Source of the DNA: Octopus sinensis
Taxonomy: Eukaryota
Assembly: GCF_006345805.1 (NCBI RefSeq)
Contig: NC_043001.1
Location: 28,954,001-29,018,000 of the forward strand
Direction: 5' to 3'
DNA length: 64,000 nucleotides
Below the pieces are notes generated by a model that saw only the letters and a program-made list of their open reading frames with translations, was not told the DNA's origin and searched no databases. Position 1 is the stretch's first letter; each line of letters opens with the position of its first letter. This document shows positions 48,793 through 61,894 of this stretch, in pieces. The translations under genes were made by a program, and so were the position numbers.

Positions 48793-50227
48793 GTAAGAAT
48801 TTGAATCAACATCTAACATTTATATTGTAAAGGCCAAAGTTTAGCCCCTGCCCAGTTTAATGAAATTTGAAAAAAATAAATATGAAATATTTGAGAGATA
48901 AATTTTCCCCAGGATGAGTTTATTTGCAAGCAACATTACTAGCCTGTTACCAATTGTCATAATGAAATAAATTGAGGTTTTTTCCCTTCCTTATTACTTT
49001 TTTTTTTTTTTTTTTTTGCCAGAATCTGAGGCAGTTATATTTTTTTCTCTACTGCAAGACACTTTTTTTTTCTGTCCCTCAATACTACTCTCTGCTTCAG
49101 TTGAGGGATCTTGGTATGCAAGTTACTTGGTGATCTGACTGCTGCTGATGCCATGTAAATAATGTCCAGTGCACCCTGTAAAGTGGTTGACATTAGGAAG
49201 GGCATCCAGCCATAGAAACCATATCAAAGAAGACAGGAGAGGTTGCTGAAGTCTTCTGGCTTGCTAATACTGTTAAACTGTTCAACCCATGCTAGCATGA
49301 AAAACAGATTTAAACGATGGTGATGATGATGATGATGCTGAAGTGGAGTGAGATATGTCAATCAATTTATCAAATCTACTTCTGTTTTTTTTTGGTTTTG
49401 CTTTTGTCTTTTTTTTTTTGTTTTTGCTTTGATCTTTTAAAAAATTCAAACACACCTCAAAATACTTATTTTTCTCATTCTATAAACTGAACAAACCCAA
49501 GTTAACTGTTGATAAATGCTGCTGTATATGACATGTCAGACAGAAAAAGCAGTCAGTAGATGTTTGACACAACCATGCTTTTGAGAAATAAATGATCCAT
49601 CATGATAAATTCGGTAATTATTATAATGCTAGTTGCCATGGAAATCATCGTTTTCAGTCAAGATAAGCATTTCATGAAGAGAACCTGTTTCAGATGAGTT
49701 AATTGTAGGATCTGTTGTTACACATTAATTAAAATTTAATACCTATTATTACAGCCAATGATTCTGTGATAATTCAACCAGAGTTAATTGGCTGTATTTT
49801 AATACAGCATTACCAGTTAATGAAATGCATGCTAAATCTGCTATGCTCCTGTTATTGTACTTAAACTCTATCTGTAGTGGCTCTGTATGTCGTAAGCATA
49901 TGTCTCTCACACATAGCACATGGTTCATTCAGTTGTTGTGACTCTTTTGTATTATGAATATAGGCACAGGCATGGTTGTATGGTTAAGAAGCTTGCTTCC
50001 TGACTGTGTGGTCTTGGATTCAATCCCACCAGGTGGCAGTTGAGAAAGTGTCTTATACTATAGTACGAGGCTGGCCAAAGTTTTGTGAGTGGGTATGTTG
50101 GATAAAAACTGGATGCTTGTGTGTGTGTATGTGTGTGTGTGTGTGTGTTGTGTGTGTGTGTTTGTGTGTGTGTATGCATGTATGTGTGTGTGTTTGTGTG
50201 TGCTTGTGTGTGCTTGTGTGTGTGTGT

Positions 50228-50282
<55 letters not shown>

Positions 50283-50562
50283 CCTTTATCTTGATATGTG
50301 ATGGGTGCAAACAAGCACCACCATCATACGAGTGATGTTGTTCATTTCCAGTCTGCCATGAAAAACATGTTTGGCTATGGGAAGTATAACTTTGCCTGGA
50401 AACAAGTGGAGGGTTGGCAACTGAAAAGTAATCCAGTTGTAGAAAATTTGCCTTGAGAAATTCCGTTCGACCCATGGGAAAGTGGACCGTAAATGATGAT
50501 GATGATGATGATGATGTTTAAGTAGTAATTTTACACATAAATGTTGATGTTCATTTTGTCAG

Positions 50563-50672
50563 GAAAGGTTACTTGCTAAAATGGTCCTCCCTGTTAGAGC
50601 GTTTAGAAGAGAAGAAAACCAAACCAAATTCTTAAAGGAAGCATCCTGCCTTCTAAAATATATCAAACCTAG
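50563..50672 (+). CDS. Coding exon 8
   Basis: Acceptor CATTTTGTCAG|, donor AG|GTAAAC, phase 0 to 2. Encodes ERLLAKMVLPVRAFRREENQTKFLKEASCLLKYIKP. Confidence 0.85.
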
Positions 50673-51500
50673 GTAAACAAAAATATTTTGCATCATTATA
50701 TAAATTTGATATATTTTATTTTGGAGTACACTTTGTAATTTTAAATGTGTTTATATTTATAACTTGCTACTCAAATTCCTGTTTAAATTGCTTGTATGAA
50801 ATATTTCCTCAGTTGGTAAGATGGTTGACTAATGAGACTATGTGCTAGAAGTGACTGTATGCAGGGGTGGACCCAGGGGAAGGGGCCTGAGGGACATGTG
50901 CCCCCTCGCAAGAAGAGAAGTGCACCCTTCTGAATAATGTTATTACACCCTTTTCTCCTGGAATTGTATTCTCTTCTGACCTTGTGCCTTCCTTTCAAAA
51001 AACTCCTGGGACCACGCCTGGTATGAATTCTGTGTTAGAAATGTGATATCCTGAAGCATGCTTAAGATATGTGATAACTGGCATGCATCTAAGAAGTATG
51101 AAAAATGTCTAAGAAGTCTGAAACATGTCTAAGAAGGGGAGATTTTATGAGATAAAGAAGTAGGCTAGGTGGGGCAGCACATAAAGCAGGCTATAAGTTT
51201 AACCAAGAAGGAAGACATTGAGGTGTGCATAAGAGGATAAATTGTAAGAGGGATGCACAATAATGTAGAATATGAGGGGTACATACAAGATGATGGAATC
51301 CATAAAACACTTATAAAAATTGATGGTTATTCAGCATTGCTAAGGACCAAATGATTAGGTAACATATTCCTGTGAGATTTATGAATACATCACTTGATTT
51401 CTGACCAATATTTATACTTTTGATAAAGATAAAGTGATTATCTTCTCATGGTAAAGATAAAATGTGTGAAGCAAGGATAAAGCATAAAATACTAGAAGAG

Positions 51501-51826
51501 ATTCTGTTGTGTCTGGGGAAAGTCATTTTCTTTTTGTGCCTTATAATATAACACACTCACCAGTAAAATTTCCACTGTTTTCTTCCTAAACTTTTCATTG
51601 CGTCTTGCAATCTTTTTGACTAACGGACAATAGTTTTGACTATTGAAAAGGTTGCAAGACGCAACGAAAATTTTAGGAAAATAAAAATAAGAAAAAAGAG
51701 GAAATTTTACCGGTGAGTGTGTTACATTATAAGGCACAACAAGAAAATGACTCTCCCCAGACACAACAGAATATGCTTCAACACACAAACTCATATAAAG
51801 AATCTTGCAAACCAAATCCAAAAACG
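51501..51826. repeat. Palindromic repeat family copy flanked by 14-bp direct repeats
   Basis: Reverse orientation of 30327-30672. AAATACTAGAAGAG occurs at 51487-51500 and 51827-51840. Confidence 0.85.
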
Positions 51827-52129
51827 AAATACTAGAAGAGAAATATCAGGAAAAAAGTTGAAGATTGAAATAGAGTGATTGTGTAATTTGTTGTAAGGGA
51901 AATAAGAACTTGAGAAACAGGTTTAGTGCAAATGAACTGAAGAATTGATTAAATATTAGAAGTGTTAGTTGGCATTAGTGGCTTTGCCAATACATGTTTT
52001 AAAACTGTTTTATACAAGAAATACATCTTTGTCAGTGTGGACATGTTTATCTATGGTTGATGTATCTTGGTTCAAGGAGGAAGAACCATAATCAACAGTA
52101 GTCTATTAGATTACATATGAAGGTAATCA

Positions 52130-52631
52130 TATAGGCATAGGAGTGGCTGTGTGGTAAGTAGCTATAGGTGTAGGAGTGGCTGTGTGGTAAATAGCTATAG
52201 GCGTAGGAGTGGCTGTGTGGTATGTAGCTATAGGCGTAGGAGTGGTTGTGTGGTAAGTAACTTGCTTACCAACCACATGGTTCCGGGTTCAGTCCTACTG
52301 CGTGGCACCTTGGGTGTCTTCAACTATAGCCTCAGGCCGACCAAAGCCTTGTAAGTGGATTTGGTAGATGGAAACTGAAAGAAGCTCATCGTATATATGT
52401 ATATGTGTGTATATGTTTGTGTGTCTGTGTTTGTCCATCCAACATCGCTTGATAAACGATGCTGGTGTGTTTACATCCCCGTAACTAAGTGGTTTGGCAA
52501 AAGAGACTGATAGAATAAGTACTAGGCTTACAAAGAATAAGTCCTGGGGTTGATTTGCTCGACTAAAGGCAGTGCACCAGCATGGCCACAGTCAAATGAC
52601 TGAAACGAGTAAAAGAGTAAAAGAGTAAAAA
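52130..52631 (+). mobile_element. SINE family A with a quadruplicated 33-bp head
   Basis: Four tandem TATAGGCGTAGGAGTGGCTGTGTGGTAAGTAGC units (52130-52261) precede a normal body and tail. Confidence 0.9.
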
Positions 52632-52807
52632 GCATGTATAATATTGATTATTTGCTGCCACCACTGGCAATCCCACCACTACAAACAGACAGGGTAGTGG
52701 CAATGATGATGATAAGACAAGATTTTTTCTTCCCACTTCAAACAGTTATGAAATAAATGCAAACATAAGTGTAAGTCAAAACTAAGTGTTGAATCTTTTT
52801 CTTTCAG

Positions 52808-52931
52808 TGATCTGAGACAAATTAAATTGTCTAGTGAAAACAAGAAATTTTTCTGTAAATTGATTGGTACTAGTCATTTAAATAAACTTCCTGAAGGAGA
52901 AGCTAGGAATTTGACAAAATATTGCATGAAG
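52808..52931 (+). CDS. Coding exon 9
   Basis: Acceptor CTTTTTCTTTCAG|, donor AAG|GTAACT, phase 2 to 0. Encodes (S)DLRQIKLSSENKKFFCKLIGTSHLNKLPEGEARNLTKYCMK. Confidence 0.88.
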
Positions 52932-53051
52932 GTAACTCTACTAATATTTAAAAAAATTATGAAATTTAAAATTATATTATTTTCAGTTTCAGTAGAACTA
53001 AGCTGTAGTTATGAATGAACTGTTTGCTAGAATTTTTGAAGTAGAATGATA

Positions 53052-54290
53052 TTGGGTTGGCAACTAATTTCCTGCCATTTTTTAAAATTTAAATTTTTAA
53101 AAAGTTTCAATAAAAAAAACAACTAATTAATCAATAATGTATTTCACCCTTACTGTTTACAACTTCTTTCCAACGTTCAACAATATTTTCAATACCTTGT
53201 TGGTAGAAATCACCCAATTTCGACTCGAAAAATTGATCCAACCAAGCTCTCAATTCTGCATCAGTATTGAACTGATGCAGAACTCCGCGAATAGCATTTG
53301 ATAGAGATCAAAAGAAGTGGAAATCCATTGGTACCAAATCAGAAGAGTACGGCAGGTGTGGCAGCACTTCCCAGCCATGTGTTTGAATGGCTTCCTTGGT
53401 CATGCTGGTGATATGAGGGCAGGCATTGTTGTGCAGCAGAAGAACTACATGCTGCCGATTAGGTCTTTTCTCTTGAATAGCCATGTTGAGTCGTTCCATC
53501 TGTTGAACATAGAGTTCTGTGTTGACCATTTGGTTTTATTCAAGCAATTCGTAATGGATAATTCCTTCCCAGTTCCACCATATGCACAACATCGGTTTAC
53601 ACGGACAAAGATCTTGTTTCATGTGTGGTGTCGCTTGTTTACCGAGGCTAAGCCATTCCTTACGCTGCTTCACATTGATGTACAGGCACCATTTTTTGTT
53701 ACCAGTAATGATTCGGTAAATGAATCGTTGCTCGTGTCCATGAGTTGAGTGGTGACGCGCAAGCAAAACAGCGGAGATTGTGGCTCGTTGATTTTTGTTG
53801 TTGTCACTTAAAGCATGCGGAACCCATGCTCCATACTTCTGAACCTTTCCCATCGAGTGAAGATGCTTCTCTATATCAGCGTGGGAGCATTCCATTTTCT
53901 CTGCCAGTTCCCTTGTCATTTGATGAGAATTTTCGTGCAAAAGTTGGTTTAATCGGTCTTCATTGAACTCAACTGGATGGCCAGAATGAGGTGTGTCTTT
54001 AAGGTCAAAATTTCCATTTTTAAATTTGGCATACCAATCATGAGCGGTTCTTGCAACTATGGCACCCTCTCCATACACAGCACAAATGTTGTGAGCAGCT
54101 TTTGCGGCCTTAGAATCTTGATTAAAAGCAAAAAGAAGAAGGTGTTGAAAATGCTCGTTTTTCCTAACTTGACATTTCATTTTAATGATCTGAAAATAAA
54201 CAAAAATTAACTAAAATTAACTAGAAAAAGAAAAAAAATAGATTCCAAAATGATTCAAAACTAGAATTCTCAAAAAGTTATCAAATATTT
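53052..54290 (-). mobile_element. mariner transposon (Mos1/mauritiana-like), nearly full-length, inactive
   Basis: Encodes MKCQVRKNEHFQHLLLFAF...WVPHAL...IITGNKKW...MLCIWW...LLHNNACPH...YSSDLVPMDFHFF, with two internal stops. TA|TTGGGTTGGCAAC TIR at 53052; the other end is uncertain. Confidence 0.9.
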
Positions 54291-55194
54291 ACCAATTAAA
54301 TTACGATTAAATAAACATTAAGTTTGAGTGTTCTGAAAAATTTAAATCACTCATATGTTGTTCTGATAACATCAATCACCTAGCTTTAGTTGCAGAGATT
54401 ATGGTGTACTGTCAAGTTAAGAGATGTATGTATTTTCATTTACTGATATAGTTGTGTGATATTCTGTCATATTGCTTCTTTATAATTACCAATTGGTATA
54501 AGCTAGTTTTGCTAAAGACTTAATTATTTCATGAGTCAATCAATTCTGAAGAAATATTATTTTGTAAAGACTCAAAGATGAAAATTATTTAATTCCTTTG
54601 AAAAAAATCTATTGAATTCAATCAAATGTTTCTTATATACTCTCTATATACTTGGAGCCATTTAAACTCTTAAAAGCTGAAATCTCCAAATGCTGCTCAA
54701 AGGTAGAGCTAGCTACTTCATGAAGGATTCTGCTTTATAGTAGGCATAAGGAAAATAGAAAACAAGACATAGGTTGGTATTACTTTATGATCCATAGTTT
54801 ATCAAAAGCAACACTTTTATATGGGGTTCCCATTTCTAATGAGGCCTACAGAATTTAAGTGTTCTTTCCAGAGGCATAAAATATTTGCCACATTTTGGAA
54901 CTTATGACTTAACAGGTACCTAAATCTGTACTGGATATAAATACGGTAATGGTAACTGATTCAATAAAAAAATCTTTTGATCTAGTGAAACTGCGTATGC
55001 TCCCAAGATAAGATATTTTCTGGAAAACACTGAATAAGTTTATCTTAATTTGAAGTAGTTTTATACCAAACAACAAATAATACTTTTAGTTTCAATCATT
55101 TAAATAATTAACAATGAAAGCTAAATTTGCTACAGTCTCTGTATTAATGGCATAAACTTTTGATTCAGTTATTTTTGTTATTATTCTTATTTAG

Positions 55195-55376
55195 GAAGTT
55201 TTACGAAACCAAATGGAATTGTCAGAGCTTGGCAATCTTCTGAATTATGTCATACTTCGTGACATTCGTAGTGTAACCAAAAGCCAGCTGTTATCTTGGG
55301 CTTCTGTTCTACAGCATTTTTTGGATACTGATGAAGAAGTACAATACACTGGAATGAAACTCAAGGAAATGTATAA
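55195..55376 (+). CDS. Coding exon 10
   Basis: Acceptor TTATTCTTATTTAG|, donor AA|GTAAGT, phase 0 to 2. Encodes EVLRNQMELSELGNLLNYVILRDIRSVTKSQLLSWASVLQHFLDTDEEVQYTGMKLKEMY. Confidence 0.88.
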
Positions 55377-55464
55377 GTAAGTAGTATATGCAGTCATTGG
55401 AAAGATCATTTGAAACATAATACACTAATGACTAACATGACTGGAAAGAAAGAAATATAACAAA

Positions 55465-55855
55465 TCTATATATATAAAGCTGAAGTTGTCTGTGTGTGTG
55501 GCAGGTTTGGTAGCCTTCAACTAACTCTATCTCCTCCAAGACCCCGTGGCGCAAGTTGACCAAAATTGAGAGTATGATAGAAGAAGGATTGCTCTTCATT
55601 CTGTAGAAGATAAAATTCAAATCGGACCATGTTAAGACCAAATATTATTTACATCAAAAAGGTGCTTTTTTTCTATGAAAATCCCTATTTTTATGATTTT
55701 TTGACTGCTGTGTTGCCATTTTTCGGTGTATTTCAACCAGAAAAATGTTCACTTAAAGAGAATAACAAGCTACATAATGCATAATTTTTACTTTTCAAAA
55801 ATTCCAATTCTAAAGGGTTGAAACAAACCCAAGCAATGCCAGGCGATACTGCTAG
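55465..55855 (+). mobile_element. Non-autonomous Helitron-like element
   Basis: A|TCTATATATATAAAG 5' end; the 3' end has CCCAAGCAATGCCAGG, a degenerate hairpin, followed by CTAG. Confidence 0.65.
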
Positions 55856-56179
55856 AGATATAATAAATGAGAAGTTAAGAAAAAATTTTGAAATCAATCA
55901 ACTTTAAATGGTCTCTGGTCCTATAATACAAAACTATTCATTTTAATTTGTTCATATCTAAACTAAAACATACTATCATAATTTCATGTAAGTACCTTTC
56001 CTTAAGTTATGCTTCAAATACCGATCTCATATAGAAAATGAATTTATCAAGAATCTAGAGGAACTTGGTCAAATAATTGTTTTCATGAATATATACAAAA
56101 TGTATTTTATTAGAAATGCATCCAAGTAAGAGTTGATGCATGAAAAATACCCTTCATGCAGAATAATATATAACAATAT

Positions 56180-56570
56180 TACCAGTGCCGGGGGCACGTA
56201 AGAGAACCATCTAAACATGGCCATTGCCAGTGAACCCCAACTGGCCTCCATGCCGGTGGCATGTAAAAAGCACCATCCAACCGTGGCTGTTGGCAGCCTT
56301 GCCTTGCCTCCGTGCTGGTGGCACATAAGAAGCACCATCTGATCGTGGCCGTTTGCCAGCCTTGTCTGGCACCTGTGTCGGTGGCACGTAAAAAGCACCC
56401 ACTATACTCACGGAGTGGTTGGTGTTAGGAAGGGCATCCAGCCGTAGAAACAATGCCAGATCAGACTGGGCCAGGTGCAAGCTTCTGGCTTCCCAGACCC
56501 CAGTTGAACCGTCCAACCCATGCTAGCATGGAAAGCAGACCCTAAACGATGATGATGATGATGATGATGA
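56180..56570 (+). mobile_element. SINE family C with about 3-4 tandem 5' units
   Basis: Repeated units, then the core and a (GAT)n tail. Confidence 0.88.
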
Positions 56571-57660
56571 ATATTGACTGTGATCCTCTCAGAAAACTGA
56601 ATTTTAAAAATATATTTTTGTCTTTGTTGTTTATTTCATAATTGTTCCTGACTCAATACATTTTAATGTAACTGATAAATGCATCCAGCATATTATTGCT
56701 ATTTACCAGATATGATCACTAAAATATAGTAAAACGTCTGTAACATAGGTGATATATCAAAGCTAGTAGCTACCTATTTATCTTTACTACAATTCTGTTT
56801 TCAGTCCAATAATAGAGTCTCTATGTGAACACTCGACTGGCTAAAAATAGCAGCTACATCTTCCTTGAATTACACTCTGCTAGCTTAAAGAGGAAATGAT
56901 GCATTTTATAATGACAATCTAGATACACGATGAACAATAAAAGAATGGAATAATCAGAGCTTGAATGCTTTTCATCATATGTTTACTGGGTCAAAGCTGA
57001 TTTAGAGTAAAACAATGACAATAATACTTTGAGCAAAAGTCAAGATTTCACTGCTTTTTATTTAAATGAATTAAGTGACATGGACATAATATCAGCTTAA
57101 GTAAAAACTGGATAGACTAATACTATTTTTATACACCTTATACCGTGAGTGGCCACTTGGACACCTCTTCATTACTATCTCTTTAGTGATACTAGTGATT
57201 CTTTCTCACTCTCCCTTTTAAATGTGAGTAGCCATGTAACTCCTCTGCAACAAGATATTACTCTCCCCACTCCATTTCTCACCCCTTAGCATAAAGCTGC
57301 CCCTGCTTCTCCAGTTTCATAGTTTCATGAGCTGCATAGTGACCTCACTAGTACTTGTAGCATGAGAAAGCACCCAGTACTCATTGTAAAGTGGTTGACA
57401 TTAGAAAGGGCATCCAACTGAAGAAGTCATGCCAAAGAAGGCACTGGAACATGATGCAGTCCTTTAATTCTTAGGATCCTGTGAAACCATCAGGAATGGA
57501 AGATGGACATTAAATAATGATGAGGAATGAATTATGAATCTTTCTTTGAAATAATTTAAAGTCTAAAACCTACAGAGTAAGCATGTAGTTCAGTCAGTTG
57601 GTGCCCTGTAATTGATTGGGACATATTTGGGTCATGTTCATAATAAAGGCCTTGTTATAT

Positions 57661-57893
57661 TCATCATCATCATCATTTAGCGTCCGCTTTCCATGCTAGC
57701 ATGGGTTGGACGATTTGACTGAGGACTGGCGAACCTGATGGCTTGGAGTGGTTGGTGTTAGGAAGGGCATCCAGCTGTAGAAACTCTGCCAGATCAAGAC
57801 TGAAGCCTGGTGCAGCCATCTGGTTTGCCAGCCCTCAGTCAATCGTCCAACCCATGCTAGCATGGAAAGCGGACGTTAGACGATGATGATGAT
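57661..57893. mobile_element. SINE family C with an inverted duplicate of its own 3' end
   Basis: 57661-57740 is the reverse complement of 57812-57893. Confidence 0.85.
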
Positions 57894-58167
57894 TTGACAG
57901 ACTACTCTGAATGCTAAAGGGTTAACTTCACGGTAGTCCTGATCAAGTAGACCTATGACCATAGGGCTTTCTGACCATGACTATCCCATTTTATTTTACT
58001 TGAACTATATTATACAGTGAGAAAGCACAGGGCTTAGTGGTAAAAGTGTTAGGCTCTCAATTATTAGGTTGTGAATTTGATTCTTGGCCTTTGCTAAAAC
58101 ATAGTGTGCTTTAGCAAAGTACTTCAATTTTTGCTGTTCCCATGTGTTCAAATAAAAATTAATAATA

Positions 58168-58338
58168 GGCGCAGGAGTGGCTGTGTGGTATGTAGCTTGC
58201 TTACCAACCATATGGTTCTGGGTTCAGTCCCACTGCGTGGAACCTTGGGCAAGTGTCTTCTACTATAGCCTCGGGCCAACCAAAGCCTTGTGAGTGGATT
58301 TGGTAGATGGACACTGAAAGAAGCCCATCGTATATATG

Positions 58339-58373
<35 letters not shown>

Positions 58374-58568
58374 TTGTCCCTCCAGTATCACTTGACAACC
58401 GATGCTGGTGTGTTTACATCCCTGTAACTTAGCGATTCAGCAAAAGAGACCGATAGAACAAGTACTAGGCTTACAAAGAATAAGTCCTGGGGACGATTTC
58501 CTTGACTAAAGGTGGTGCTCCAGCATGGCCATAGACAAATGACTGAAACGAGTAAAAGAGTAAAGAGT
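58168..58568 (+). mobile_element. SINE family A, full length
   Basis: Head and tail as in the other copies. Confidence 0.9.
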
Positions 58569-58841
58569 AATGGGGAAGCTGGAGTAGGGATGTTAACCTT
58601 GGAGCAGACTGGCAGCCCATTCAAATAGGGTACTTTCAATTTAAATCTCTTCAGAAACCAGATTAGCTCTAACATCAAGGACTTGTAGATCAATAATAAA
58701 AAAACAAAAGAGAAAGAAAAATGCCATGTGTCCTTTCAGTTTTTATACACTAAAGTGTGATTCAAGGAGGATTTGACTTCTATTTCTAGCAGGCTGAGTG
58801 ACCATATAGAAATTCCTTCAGTGTAAGCGTACTATAGTTGA

Positions 58842-59062
58842 CCCTTTAGCATTCAAACCGGCCATATCCGGCCAAAATATTTAACCTGTTTTATATTGAA
58901 ACTGACCAGATCTCGCCTCTCACTTCAGCCCTGCCATGTCATTCTAAAACTAAAAAAATCACATCATTGAAATCTCTAAACTACAAGATAATGCAGGATT
59001 AATTCAAAGCAATATAAATAAACACATATCACATTTGACAGAATAATCTGAACACTAAAGGG
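58842..59062. mobile_element. piggyBac-type MITE of the 6990-7208 family
   Basis: TTGA|CCCTTTAG...CTAAAGGG|TTAA. Confidence 0.85.
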
Positions 59063-59334
59063 TTAAACCTAATTTTTCCACATCTTTTCTCATGACTAAT
59101 TACAGAAACTTATCTTTAAGATTTCAGACTTTTACTATTTACTTAGATTATTATTACCTCTGCCTTAGTGAAGGTGGAGGTATTGTTTCAGTCATGTTTG
59201 TTTGTCCATGGACAAGATATCTCAAAAACCGCTGGATGAATTTGGATGAAACTCTCAGGGATGTTTGGCCTTGTGACTGGCACAAACTTATTAGGTTCTG
59301 GAATTGATCCGGTACCGGTCAAAGATTCTGGATT

Positions 59335-59632
59335 CGTCATCATCATCATCATCGTTTAGCGTCTGCTTTCCATGCTGGCATGAGTTGGACGGTTCAACTG
59401 GGGTCTGGGAAGCCAGAAGGCTGCACCAGGCCCAGTCTGATCAGGCAATGTTTCTACGGCTGGATGCCCTTCCTAACGCCAACCACTCCATGAGTGTAGT
59501 GGGTGCTTTTTACGTGCCACCGGCACAGGTGCCAGACGACGCTGGCAAACGGCCACGATCGGATGGTGCTTTTTACGTGCCACTGGCACGGAGGCCAGGC
59601 GGAGCTGGCAACGGCCATGATCGGATGGTGCT
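59335..59632 (-). mobile_element. SINE family C
   Basis: (CAT)n followed by the reverse-complement core and tandem units. Confidence 0.88.
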
Positions 59633-59916
59633 AATTTTTGAGTGTAGTCAGGTTCATTTTTAGTATTCTCATTTGTGAGAGCAGTCGAGTTTATTTCAGA
59701 TATTCTCATTTTAAAAATCATCTCCAACTAATTGTTGAGAGGACGTTTGTGTTGCCCTGGCGGAAGGTTGCACTCTCTGAGTGCGTTTGTTTTATTTAAT
59801 TTGTTTTATTTATTATGGACACATAAAATCATAAAAATCACCTTTAGCTAAAAGATAAACACAACAAAAGATATTTCTTAAATTTTCATATGTTGCTGAC
59901 CTTTTTCAAATTTCAG

Positions 59917-60010
59917 GAATAGACTTTCAGATATGACAGCAGATCATCTGGAAAAAGTTGGTGTTTTTGTTGGATCATGGGACCCGAAAGATAGGAGAAA
60001 AATTCCAAGT
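59917..60010 (+). CDS. Coding exon 11 (last in window; no stop codon, gene continues)
   Basis: Acceptor CTTTTTCAAATTTCAG|, donor AGT|GTATGT, phase 2 to 0. Encodes (K)NRLSDMTADHLEKVGVFVGSWDPKDRRKIPS. Confidence 0.88.
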
Positions 60011-60138
60011 GTATGTTACTTTATTCTTTAAAAACTTTTCACTTCAACTGAAGTAAAACATTTCATAGAAATTTTTGAATCTTGGGAGGGTCACAATGCC
60101 ACAAATAAACATATGCACTGGTTCTATTTCACTTCTTT

Positions 60139-60188
<50 letters not shown>

Positions 60189-60644
60189 TTATTATTATTA
60201 TTCTCTTCTTTCAAATTTGTTTCCATTTCTGGCTGAGTGTCTTCCCAACATCTAGGGTAAAGAAACTCACTGTATACATTCGTTGGCCATTAAAATAAAC
60301 ACACCAGATTATTCATTTACAAAGTCATGTAATAGAAGAAAAAGGAGAAGAAAGGAATAAAGAAAAAAAGGAAAGGAAAATTTTTTAAATCTCTAAAAAT
60401 AGGAAAAGAAATGAAAAATGAAAATAAAGGGGGAAAAAGGAAAGAAAATTTACAGCTATAATGCGCTTCTCAATACGTGTGATGTACCAGCAAAGATAAT
60501 CTTTTGCACTTTTTGCATGGATGGTAAGCCAGGGATCATTCTTAAATGATTTTCAGTTCCTTTTTAATTATTCCAAGTGCTCCTACAATCACTGGTATTG
60601 TAACCGTCTTGTGATGCCACATTTTTTTTTTTATTTCAATCAGC

Positions 60645-60855
60645 AAATACTCTTTTACTTGTTCCAGTCATTTGACTGTGGCCATGCTGGAGCACCACCT
60701 TTACTCGAGCAAATTGACCCCAGGACTTATTCTTTGTAAGCCTAGTACTTATTCTATCGGTCTCTTTTGCCAAACCGCTAAGTTACGGGAACGTAAACAC
60801 ACCAGCATCGGTTGTCAAGCGATGTTGGGGGGACAAACACAGACATATACACACA

Positions 60856-60905
<50 letters not shown>
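60645..60905 (-). mobile_element. SINE family A, 3' half
   Basis: Reverse-complement tail and body. Confidence 0.85.
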
Positions 60906-60919
<14 letters not shown>

Positions 60920-61088
60920 AATTGAGATAGGGGTTGTAAATGCAACCCTCCATGGGATAACATATATCCAAAATACTGCTAGTGAAGTACCCAACAAAGT
61001 TAATACATAAATGTTAATGATTGCGATGCAATCAATTCATTTACTGTATTATATGGGCAAAGGTAAAATGATTTACCACAAATTACTA

Positions 61089-61425
61089 ATACAAGATAAG
61101 AAAATGGAGAAATACATCTAAATCAAATATCAATTACCAGATAATACTCAATCACATACTTTATTAAACCACCACATAAGAGACTGTAGGGTTAAATATA
61201 AAAAGCAGAACAAATCAGTGTACAAAAAGGAATGTACATAAAAAAGTGTATGTACACTTTTATGTACACTTTTTTATGTACATTCCTTTATGTACACTGA
61301 TTTGTTCTGCTTTTTATATTTAACCCTACAGTCTCTTATGTGGTGGTTTAATAAAGTATGTGATTGAGTATTATCTGGTAATTGATATTTGATTTAGATG
61401 TATTTCTCCATTTTCTTATCTTGTA

Positions 61426-61426
<1 letters not shown>
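61089..61426. repeat. Near-perfect AT-rich inverted repeat, about 160-bp arms
   Basis: ATACAAGATAAGAAAATGGAGAAATAC...CAGTGTACA versus TGTACACTG...GTATTTCTCCATTTTCTTATCTTGTAT. Confidence 0.93.
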
Positions 61427-61489
<63 letters not shown>

Positions 61490-61494
61490 CATAC

Positions 61495-61730
61495 ATATAT
61501 ACGACGGGCTTCTTTCAGTTTTCAGCTACCAAATCCACTCACAAGGCTTTGGTTGGCCCGAGGCTATAGTAGAAGACACTTGCCCATCATCGTTTAATGT
61601 CTACCAAATCTTCTCACAAAGCTTCGGTCGGCCCGAGGCTATAGTAGAAGACACTTGCCCAAGGTGCCACACAGTGGGACTGAACCCAGAACCATGCGGT
61701 TCGTAAGCAAACTACTTACCACATAGCCAC
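61495..61730 (-). mobile_element. Two overlapping SINE family A 5' fragments
   Basis: GGCCCGAGGCTATAGTAGAAGACACTTGCCCA is duplicated at about 61555 and 61630. Confidence 0.8.
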
Positions 61731-61894
61731 CCTGTTTATATTTTCTGAGCTTATCAAATTCTTTTGCTGAGATATTATGATCACAAAGTATACTCATGTC
61801 AATCAATGAACAGACATTATTGCTTTGGTCTTTCACAATAATATCTAGTTTATTAGCTTTGTGTGATTATTGTTATTTTTATTTTTCTTCCCGG

